A DNA stretch of 64,000 nucleotides from Chlorokybus atmophyticus (lineage: Eukaryota; Plantae; Mesostigma and Chlorokybus algae), in contig RHPI01002048.1 of assembly GCA_009103225.1 (NCBI GenBank), positions 571,036 through 635,035 of the forward strand. Direction: 5' to 3'. The position numbers and the translations under genes are program-made. Numbering within the stretch: position 1 is the first letter of the stretch; each line of letters starts with the position of its first letter. The notes under the pieces were generated by a model. That model had not been told where the DNA came from, did no database searches, and was given only the letters and a program-made list of their open reading frames with translations. Positions 1 to 10,300 of this stretch are shown piece by piece.

Positions 1-10
1 CAACGAACAC

Positions 11-56
11 CACCCACACCCACACCCACACCCACACCCACACCCACACCCACACC
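11..56. repeat. (CACCCA)n hexamer microsatellite, about 7.7 units
   Basis: Read directly from the sequence. Confidence 0.95.
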
Positions 57-2002
57 TAACATACCGTATGCTGACATATGTTACATATGTGTTCAAACAG
101 TGAGTGATACATGTGTGACATATGTTGAATAGTAGTATAAGTAATTTATATTTTAATTCATGCTTATGTTGCTATTTACATTGTAATTGTAAGCAAACGC
201 ATACCATGATGGATACAATATGCATGCAAGTGGTATACTTGGATATGTGACATTATGCGTATTTTACTTACTTGCACGTTACATAGTTATTGATTGACAT
301 GCATCAAGATATTATAAAGGTATTGTTCATTGTGTGTATTAAATACGCCTATAGCTGATTATCACCATGCGCCGGACCGATCGTCACCATGCGCTTATGG
401 CATGAACAACCTCACATCCGTCGGAACTGTGTTTCAGCAGCCTTGAGCTTAAGCATAAAGTTAGGGCGCTGCGCCCTAAACATGATTAACTATATATGAC
501 ATAAGAGCTGTACTAGGCACACTCAAAGAGTGTGTGTGCAAGATGCAATAATACACACAGCCTAAGGTCAATGAGGCAATGTGGTTTATAAATACACACA
601 CAAAGCCTCACCGCGCATTGCCCATAACGGGCACGCTCAGCTAGTATGCACCCAACCTAGAGCAACTTTTCCCATGGCCGCAAACATGCCACACTGAATA
701 GCACTAGCAAGCAAGTTGTGTGGGGGCCAAGGCAGAGTTAACCTAGCAACTAGTAACAAGGACTGCTATGATCGCTAGGTCAGCTAGGACAACCCTACAG
801 CAGCAGCAGGGCGTAGTGGAAACCAACAGCAAGGTGAAGGACAACCAGCAGCAGGCACGGACGCAGCAAAAGGAGAGGTGAGCGGCGTGGTTCTCAAGTG
901 TGCAGCATGCACAACTCCAACTGGGACAACAACTGCTTGGCTCCCTCCCGCACAAATGCCGCCGCCAACCGTTAAGTATGCTAATCCGGTTGTACCAAGG
1001 CCACCTGCACGTCAACTCGCAAAGACCCGAACAGGCATTATGAGTCACATCCACTTTGCCATTGCGTTATTTGTACTTTGATATGTGGTTGCGCACGCCA
1101 CATTGCAAGATAGCATTGTGCAACTGTACTCAAGCCTACATAAACCTTTACTGATAAAATGTTTAAGCTACATGCACACCCGCAACAAAATTAATTAAGA
1201 ACACTAGCACTGCTAAAAGCATTGCATATCTACCGTATAATATCATCACATAATTTAAAAACGACACGTACCGCGCAAGCAGGCTCACACAGATGTCGAT
1301 AGATGGCTACCAATGTTTTTAGTAAAGTGCAATTGATATATTATAACGATTCAAGTAAACTTTGTATGCAATGTGCATGCACTCAACAGTCTATGCAATA
1401 ATGCTATTTTTGTGTGTGTGGGTATAATGATTGATGCGTACACAACTAATGGGTGTGCGCAGTGCAAGACCGTTGAGCTGGTTGCTGCTATACCACCGCA
1501 CCGAATGGCGAGATTAAGAATGTGCATGCATATGACAACGTATGATTATGAAGCTCGCGGCATTTGATTGTGGCCCATTGGAAAATTTGTCATGTACGCA
1601 TTGCACGCATACCATGGCTGTAGCAATTGGGGCCCGACCACTAGGCTATGGTAGTAAAAGATATTACCATGAGTAAGGTCTGTCACAATTTATCCCAATT
1701 CGTGACATTCCTCCCCAATTTAACCCATGAGTTCCTCATAATCCAATGAGGCACTAGCCCACGTCGCCGTTTTCGCGGCCGTACCACAATCGGTCTGCCC
1801 GCAGCCTGTTGAATCCGGCCCACGAATGGTCTTGACCGACTGAACGGCCATCCTCACCGCGCGACCTGCCATTGCAGCGCGACCGCTCACGCGGCCTTAG
1901 GTTGAACTGGCTCGGCGTTCAGGTCGTGATTCCGCGCCCAGCCTAGGGCAAGCCGCCCCAAATGTTTTTGTTTTTACCTTGGATCTGCCTCAGTCCCCTA
2001 CG

Positions 2003-2152
2003 GGAATTGAACCTGAGACGTCAAGCTCCGTTACCATTGTAGCAATTGGGGCCCGATGTCACAGCCCACTCGACCACAAAAGACTTGGTGCTTTTATGGT
2101 CGATTTGTGGTAATTTTAATGTGCCTTCCCGTTACACCCGACCACTAGGCTA
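2003..2152 (-). promoter_or_regulatory. Putative Pol III type-2 promoter of TRIM A: box A TAGCCTAGTGG (2142-2152) and box B GGTTCAATTCC (2003-2013)
   Basis: Matches the tRNA box A (TRGCNNAGYGG) and box B (GGTTCRANNCC) consensus. Start-to-start spacing is 54 nt once the nested insertion is removed. Confidence 0.65.
2057..2136 (-). mobile_element. Solo LTR (80 bp) of TRIM family B, inserted in the 5' LTR of family A
   Basis: TGTCAC...GTTACA, nearly identical to the LTRs at 2750, 6019 and 6468. Flanked by TSD CCCGA (2052-2056 and 2137-2141). Removing it restores the family A LTR seen at 1619-1707. Confidence 0.93.
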
Positions 2153-2439
2153 TGGTAGTAAAAGACACTACCATGAGTGAGGTCTGTCACAATTAATCCC
2201 AATTCGTGACAATGGCAAGCGCATTAGCTTATGACCTTTGTCACATGTTGGATGTGCATGTGCGCCGCATGGCATTGCAATTTGCAATTTATGTACACAT
2301 CACTGAGTCGCGTTCTTCAAAATTATTGTGCTGCAGGTAAACAACAAAACGTGCATGCATGCATGCTCAACGAGGTGAGGGTTGCAGGAGTAGAGCAGAG
2401 CAGTATATGCATAAAAACCGGTGGTTGAGCATGTATGAG

Positions 2440-2828
2440 AGGGGTCTGATTTAGGGTCGGTCACCGGCCCCACCACCCAAGGACCGGCCAATATAGTCCC
2501 ATACCGGTCAACGTGCGCATGGCGCGCCGCTACCGGCCCCACAGGTCGCGTCGCCGCGATAGGCAGGTCGCGCCATGCCGCGCCGACTGAACTGGTCAGT
2601 TCGGCGCGACTGCCATTAGGCAAGTCGCGACCCATCGATGATGGCACTCATAAAGTGACCATTTACGATGTTATTAGATCGAGAAACAACGACCGCGGAA
2701 TTCGTGTGCAAGGCAGGAATCGAACCTGGGTCTCAAGGTCCGATACCAATGTCACAGCCCACTCGACCACAAAATACTTGGTGCTTTTATTGTCGATTTG
2801 TGGTAATATACAGTACCTCCCCGTTACA
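2440..2828 (-). mobile_element. Truncated TRIM family B copy (5' LTR 2750-2828, PBS and most of the internal region; lacks PPT and 3' LTR)
   Basis: High identity to 6163-6546. PBS TGGTATCGGA on the minus strand next to 2750. Box A 2759-2769, box B 2716-2726. Confidence 0.88.
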
Positions 2829-5800
2829 ATGTGGGTGATGTCGCCTGAAGATTGGCGTCTGACGTGTGCAGATTGCGAAAGCTGATGTGTTACATGCCAT
2901 GCTCTCCTGCCTACTGTAGCGACTTGTGCTCATGGTCTAGTGGTTGAGGCGCTAGTGTCATTATGCATGCGAAATGCGTGCGAAACACTACACTAAGGCT
3001 CAGTGCATGCTGCATTTGATCCCTCGAGTTTAGCCTTTGAGACACAGCGGCACAATGTTCAGGTAGGATGATGTTAACTGATGTACTACAGTAGTTAACA
3101 TCATGTGACATGCATGTCAACGGGGAAGGGTAGTGGTAGTAGTCGTGTTAGGCAATAGGAGAACCCAACCGTTGGCCTGATTGTAATCACTACCATCATA
3201 TGCTATTAAGTTGGTGGTTGTGACTGTGTATGTAATGCATGTCACGTTACGGTAATGTGCAACGTTGCATGATATATATATGCATGTGCGCATTTCAACT
3301 GACAATTCTGTAAACATGCCTCTGATACGCTCGGTAGGTTGTAATCTGTGCATCTACTTCACCATGCTACCTGATGCTGCTGCCTAAGAGTTTAGCTAGC
3401 AATTTAAGTCTTAAGGTCCAATCTAGTAGGTCTTGGATATGCATGTACATATGCCATAGTTGTAAGCTTTGCTTTGGCTCCTGTCAATTTATCATTAATG
3501 GCTGTTGTGCTTGATGGTTTGATTGGCTTGCTCGCATTTAACGCACTATCTCTGAGCGTGTTTCGTGCAACTCTTATAAGTTATGCATGCATGCATGCAT
3601 AGCATACCTTAATTTCACAAATAGTAAAGCAGTAAAGAGTTAAGTAACACGTGTACAAAGTGTTACGCAACCCGTTACTGTGCAACGCGGGGTTGAGATA
3701 TGCACGACACATAGGGTATATCATTGCAAACACAAACACAGCCACATGCACTGTTACACACACGCACACCCAACCAATCAAGCACACAAGCTGATCACAA
3801 GCAAGCAGCCTACAAAGGTAAGGGGCCTGGGCTACAAGCAATGTGCTTGACGAGGCAGGGGCGTGATGTCGGGTCAGGCGTCCACGAGGGCTGGTTCTTC
3901 TCAAGAATGCAGTTGTGGGCTGCTAATGGTGTGCGCGATGACGCTTGTTGTCGGTGTGCGAGGTTGAGGCTGTTGTAGACAACCGTGCTCAATGGAGAAA
4001 AGCTCCCACCCAGCACAGCTAAGTGTAGAGGAAGCTATGTAGGCAGCAAGCCACCCCCCTTGAGTACGTACATGCAAGGGGATATTCTTTGCCTTCCGCA
4101 CTGTGCAGCTACACTGCGAGACATCCTCATTGAGGATGTTGGGTAATGTAGTCCAGGACTGCCATCAGTCCTCATCATGGCAATACAATTGGGATCAACC
4201 CGGAGGAGCACACGACCCCGCTAGGCGCAACAGAGGGCATACGGAGAGCATTGAGAGTGACTTAGCACCAACTCCGAGTGATCCATTATATGCTTTCACG
4301 TGATCATCATATTGTGTATGATTATGCATGACATCGTATTCCGGCCTATGGGCTTTTGCACCTATCGGTAGAATAACCGTTGGCATACATTATCATTGCC
4401 TACTCACACACTCCCTTATTATCATAAATAATAGGGGAGCTCGCTCTCCTAGTGAACATTCATTTTTCATATCGAGGCACGACCAGGTTCTCTACACACA
4501 GTGAGTGACGTCCCTAATGCGAAGGGAGCACAAGTTTTACATACTATGTAAACTATGTAACTGTATAATGTACATACTATGTACATTGTACAGTTATATA
4601 CATAGTATGTACGTTATACAGTTATATAATATACAACCTGGAAGCCTATGCGAGCCTTACATGTATGTATGAGAGATATACAGCTATACAGTTGTATACA
4701 ATGCAGAGGCTCTACTCTGACCAGCGCCAATCCATAGCACTCTAGTGCCTTGGGAGCGGTTTGGTCTGCCAATGCATGTTGCAAAGCATATTGCATCCGT
4801 GTTCGTTGCAATACAAGCGACCCCACACAGGGCATGCGTCTCCTCCCTAACCTCGTTGCGTTGAAGACACCATTGCTGTTCTGCGCCGCTCACCCAAACT
4901 ATGGGTTCCCAAATGGGGCCCACCCAGTCCCCAAGCTCACCTTTATGGAATTGGTGCGATACATGGCGACCATGGCGACGGAAGGAGGTCCAGAATACAG
5001 AAGGGAAGGGGACATTGTCGTCATTTTAGTCCTCCTCCTCCGGTGGCGCCCACATGGATGTCGTAGCACAAAACGTTGGCCTCCGTTGCACTAGCAATGA
5101 AGCCCGCGCTCACGGCATCAGGGTCCACCTTGGTTGGCCACGTGTACCTCTTAGCATTGTCAATACGCATGTAGCCGCCGCCGCCGCCATCATGGACAGG
5201 CCAACTCACATGCACAAGACCAAGGGCGTATAGCGTAAGGCATTGTTCAAATGCCCAGCATTTGAGATGATGAGCTGTCATCTCGAACCCCGAGAGTCAC
5301 TTGAAAACCATCATGGAAGTGGTTATCGAGCATCAGCCTACATGACAGCCACCAGCACGACAATAATATTACGGCGGGATCATGCATTCAGCCATTCTCC
5401 AAGTGCAGCGGTGCTTGTTGCAATTGTAGCCGCGTGCATGCAATGAAATTGTGTGGGCCCAGCATGTTGGTGTTTTATGTACATAAGATATGACACACCA
5501 TCTTTGCAATGGCATTAATAGCACTAACACGATATTGGATGGGACAGCAATGGGTTGTACTATGCGTGTGTGCTTGTTGTAAGGATTGTTTGATCGAGTC
5601 ACAATGCTTGTGTGGCAACACACCCGCAGGAAGATGACAATGCAGTGCAGGCAGTCAACATGCAGTACGGACTCCGCAGAATGGCTAATGGCACGCTTCG
5701 CCTGGCATTGGAGCCATGGCCTTACTGAATACCACTTTCTGGATAGACTCTACAAAGTTGAAGCTAAGTTGAAGCTACTACCCCTTAATGTAAGGCACGC

Positions 5801-6018
5801 AGAACATTTCAGCTGGCACTTGCGGGTCCCTGCTAAAAACCTTACTGGGTGTAACAGAAGCTACAGTAAATACTCATGGTAACCAAGAAATCAGTTTGTT
5901 TATGAATGTACAAGAATGCAAAACCTACAACATGCGCCCCAATCGTGCGCTCAACTATCACTGCAAATGGATGACCCAATCCTCAGCTATCGGCATACCA
6001 GACTTGCGAATGACCACT

Positions 6019-6546
6019 TGTCACAGCCCACTCGACCACAAAAGACTTGGTGCTTTTATGGTCGATTTGTGGTAATTTAATGTACCTTCCCGTTACATTC
6101 CCCCCCACTTAAGAACGCTGACGTCCTCGGCAGCTGGCGCTCATCAGCTGGGGAATCTTCCCAGGGGTCTGATTTAGGGTCGGTTACCGGCCCCACCACC
6201 CAAGGACCGGCCAATTTAGGCCCATACTGGTCAACGCGCGCATAGCGCGCCGCTGCCGGCCCCACAGGTCGCCGCGATAGGCAGGTCGCGCCCTGCCGCG
6301 CCGACTGAATTGGTCGAATGGCGCGACTGCCATTAGGCAAGTCGCGACCCATCGATGATGGCACTCATAAAGTGACCATTTACGATGTTATTGGATCGAG
6401 AAACAGCGACCGCGGAATTCGTGTGCAAGGCAGGAATCGAACCCGGGTCTCAAGGTCCGATGACCAATGTCACAGCCCACTCGACCACAAAAGACTTGGT
6501 GCTTTTGTGGTCGATTTGTGGTAATACAATGTACCTTCCCGTTACA
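6019..6546 (-). mobile_element. TRIM family B, complete (528 bp)
   Basis: 79-bp LTRs at 6019-6097 and 6468-6546 (TGTCAC...GTTACA). TSD CCACT at 6014-6018 and 6547-6551. Minus-strand PPT GGGGGGGAA next to 6097. PBS TGGT(C)ATCGGA next to 6468. Confidence 0.95.
6433..6487 (-). promoter_or_regulatory. Putative Pol III type-2 promoter of TRIM B: box A TGGTCGAGTGG (6477-6487) and box B GGTTCGATTCC (6433-6443)
   Basis: Perfect box B in a GAGACCCGGGTTCGATTCC context resembling a tRNA-Glu/Asp T-arm. A-to-B spacing is 44 nt, typical of tRNA genes. Confidence 0.7.
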
Positions 6547-7276
6547 CCACTGCTTCCGTTGGTGTATTGGGCAAATTACGCCATGAAGCAATGTTCACTC
6601 CCCGCTTTGAACCATTGAACTTAACAATTGCAGACTTGCAACTGGGAGGGTTTAGCAGCCCGAAGATGACAATGCACCCTACCTCATTTGCAACGATGAA
6701 CTTGCCGTTGCTCCTGCCCTCCGACACCACTAAGCTGAGTGCATTGGCGAGGAAGGAAAACTAGCGCTTCACAAAGGCTATATCCTTAAAAACGTGTGAT
6801 CGCCCACCATCGATGTAGATTTCGCACTCTGCAGATGCTTTCTTGATCAGCGCAACATAAAAGCGTATAAGGGTCCTTCTCCATGGCCTCCAAGCTCAGG
6901 GTGCACACACAACATTATGAACTAGCGCGACGGACGTGGGTGCTAGGGGCTACAACAAGACAGGCATCATCTACAGTGATTGACATGTTGTCTCAAGGCA
7001 AAGCCGTGAAAGCTTGTTCAACATGCAAAGCTTGCCTGCGTCGTGGCATTTCTTGGCGTGGTATGCTGATGCCGTCTCGCTAATACGCGGGCATGCTAGA
7101 CATGGTCATTGCCACAGGTATTTTTAAAGTTGTGCATGATATATATGCATGCTACGGTATGAGTTTCAACCAACAGTTATGGTAGCCACTGTGCAGCAGC
7201 TGCACAGCTGCTTGTTGTGATAATAGCAATAACATTCATGCATAATCTGCTGGATATACAGCCTCCCTGAGTATGC

Positions 7277-7321
7277 CATACCGTATGGCACGCATGAGGC
7301 TCATGCGTGCCATACGGTATG
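7277..7321. repeat. Perfect inverted repeat, 22-bp arms with a 1-nt centre
   Basis: CATACCGTATGGCACGCATGAG-G-CTCATGCGTGCCATACGGTATG. Confidence 0.95.
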
Positions 7322-10300
7322 TCTGCGCCTGTTCACTGGAGTATTAGAGTTATATTCTCCATGAGTATGGCACGCATATGGCATAATGCGTGCCTGCGCA
7401 TTGCGCACACAGATTAATAAAGCAGAAGCATTGTCAATGTGTTCGCATCAGCTGTGATCATGCTAAACATGAGTGAACACAAGCACAGCGTCCAACACTC
7501 AACCATAGCCTATACTGAGTGCTTGGTAGGTACAACAGGGACAGCACTGCAACATGCAATTGTTACAGCTAGCTAGGACCTACTCCGCACCATCGCATTG
7601 GCATAGTGTGCGAGTAAGAGTAAGAACTCCGCCTATGCTGTCCATCATCACAACCGCTATTGGGCAGGCTTATATCTGAGGTTTGCCAACAGCGCCTCCC
7701 CACAATTGCTTCATTCGTCGAGCACGGCTAATGCAGCCAAAGTCGGCAGCAGGTGCAGGCTAGCGGGCGTTTGGGTAGGTGCACAACGTGCTATGAACAC
7801 GACGTATGTACTGCCCTCATGCAGTGGGGTCATCACCGTTTCAAAGGACAACTGCCCTACTTCTTCCCCTTTGAACCAACATCCCGCTCGTGTCTAGAGT
7901 CAACGCACGCACGAAGATTATTTCTTCTCTCGCTGCACTCCTTCTTCCGCTCTCTCCACGTTGTCTCCAGTGCCGCCAGAAACTTCCCCCTCCTTCCAAC
8001 CACGCAGGCACAGCAGCTGAAGCAGAGAAACCCTGAAATGCATATGGATCAAGTGCGTGTGTGCACGTGCGTATGGACATATCATTCTGCTCGTAAATGC
8101 GTTGCGAATGGTGGCCTTGACACAGGGTACAATCAGTTGCAATGTAGCTCTGCGGCATGCCAATGCTCTTCCCCGGCAAGCAGGGCGTTTGCGATTCTCG
8201 ATTGCTGCAGCGGCAGTGAAATGCATATAGGCCTAGGTCTACAGATTGCAAGCGAAAAGTCTACACATGCTCAGAATTCCATGCTGCCTGCTGTTGAGGC
8301 AGGCAGCATCATGCACATGCATGTGTTGAGGGTCAAACGAGCTTCCAGCAAGGGGCGCGGCATGGCATGAAAGCCTACCACAAGTTACCCCAGGCAAGGG
8401 CAAGCTTACTTGAGTGAGCGGCGGCCCCTCGCGCTCAGCAGCAGCAGCAGCAGCAGGAGAGCGGGGTTACTCCAGCCCTGTTGGAGAGGATGAGCAGGGG
8501 GGCAAGGCCAAGGTGACGATGATTATCACCGCCGCCGCCGCCGCTGAGAGCTTTAGATAGAGCATCCGCTTGCTTGCTGCTCGCAAACCCCCGTGGGCAA
8601 CCGGCGGCTGGCCGGCAGGCCGCGATCTGTGGCCGGCTGCGCCGTATGCTCCTACCGCAAGAGTGCGGACCGGCCGCTGCGTCAGCAGCAGTGCCCATAT
8701 GACCGGCCCGCATGCATGCAGCATGCAGCAGCAGAGCAGCTTTGCAATCATTCACACACACACCAACGAGCTTAGCTTAGCTTGGCTTGGCTTCGCTTGC
8801 ACTGGCCAGAGCTCGGGAGACAGTGAGAGCCGCGGCGGCGGAGGAGGAGGGAGGAGGAAAGCGGCGTGTGCGCGGTAGCTGCTGCTGGTAGGTAGCGCGG
8901 CTGCGCGAGCGTGAGAGTTGTTCAACGAGCAACTGCCTCCGCCCCCTGCTTCCCGCGCTCCAAATCGACCCGTGGGCATGCTGGGCAGGTGCTTCGGGAG
9001 CTCGGGAGCTCGAGAGAGCTCTCTCCTGCCATACCCCGCTGCGGCTGCTGCTGGGCGCTTCGCTCGCCGGTAGGCTTGTTGGCTCTAAGAGTGTGGCACA
9101 CCATGGTCATCACACCAATACCATGATGGCTTGAGTAGTGCAAGCTCTGCCGCCGTGATGTGCTCATGCCAGAGGTCATCGCAGCTGCCACGGGTGTTCG
9201 TGTGTGCATGTTGAAGCGTCTGTAAGCGTTTGAGGTGTGTGTGTGTGCGCAACATGACTGCTGCACTGCATGGCATGGCATCAGCGTGCACTCGGGAACA
9301 ATCATCAGCCGTCTCATGCGGGCTTGCTGGTCATCCGCGTTTCCGTGCAAGTGGTGGTGGTGGCGTCAAAGATGGACACAGAGGCACAAACCGCTCGTCC
9401 GTCCATCGCATTCGGCATCCGCCTGCTCAAGTACATAGTCTGGCCCGTGGCCTAAATCGAGGGTGTCATCAAGTTCGTGTCCGTAGTGCCTGCCGACTTC
9501 AGTGGCGACACCGTCGTCGACATATCGGGCGCACTTCCACATCGGAAAGATATTGGTCAAACGTGGCGTGGAGGCAGTGACACTTGATGCGGACGCACCG
9601 TCATACCATGCTGAAAATCTGAAGGATGTAAATGGGTGGCTAGTACTAGCTACTACACTACCTACGTACCTTTATTCGGTTGTTGCTGCTGCAGCTGTTG
9701 TGTGTATGTGTTAGCAGCATTGTATGTTGCCCGGTTGGGTGGGTGGTTAGGCATGGTCAGGCAGTTACTGAACTTATGCATTGCGGTGGCAATGTCACTG
9801 TGTATAGGTCATACCTCGCGGTGAGCTAGGCAGCTGTAGGTGATGATGCGGTGTAGATAATGGCCCGGTGGTTTATGTGTACGGTACAACAGATCATGCA
9901 ACACTAGCTAGAGTACATGCCAAGCCAACACCGCAAGCAACAACAAGTCCAAACAATTATACACGTTGCAAAGGCAATCAATTGTTGCGGCTCTCATGGA
10001 CAAATTTACATCATGATGGTGATTATGAAGACAGTATGCCCTTGTGACACGTATAACTACTTTATCCCCTGGTTCATTGAGGTGTAGCTCTGTCTTGTAA
10101 GGTTATATTTGCGATCTGACACGGCGGAGATTGCAGCTTGGTGCTTTGTTTACTCACGCGCAAGGAAACTGTTTGGATTGTACTTTCAATAGTCATAGTG
10201 TGGAGACTGTGCTGCAGGCCCTGCTCACCGCTGTCGCCGGCAGACGCTGTGGGTCGCCCACCATCACGACAGCGCCCTTCCCAGCAACAGCGCTTTACCA

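Larger units (their letters stand above)
1619..2211 (-). mobile_element. TRIM family A (non-autonomous LTR retrotransposon), complete, with a nested solo LTR
   Basis: Two ~89-bp TG...CA direct repeats: 1619-1707 and 2038-2211 (the second interrupted by an 85-bp insertion). TSD ATGGC at 1614-1618 and 2212-2216. On the minus strand: PBS TGGTAACGGAGC next to the 2038 LTR end and PPT GGGGAGGAA next to 1707. Internal region about 330 bp, non-coding. Confidence 0.92.

Noticed and set aside
11-56. Telomere or chromosome end
   Set aside because: The CACCCA unit is not the plant/algal TTTAGGG type and the tract is short; treated as a microsatellite.
1619-6546. CRISPR array or functional tRNA genes suggested by the repeats and GGTTCGATTCC
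   Set aside because: The repeats are LTRs with TSD, PBS and PPT. No cloverleaf can be formed and there are no regularly spaced repeats.
4750-7083. Helitron Rep/helicase remnants (e.g. HPNYGFPNG...LTFMELVRYM)
   Set aside because: Only vague motif resemblance, with no continuous frame or diagnostic HUH/PIF1 motif. A profile search would be needed.
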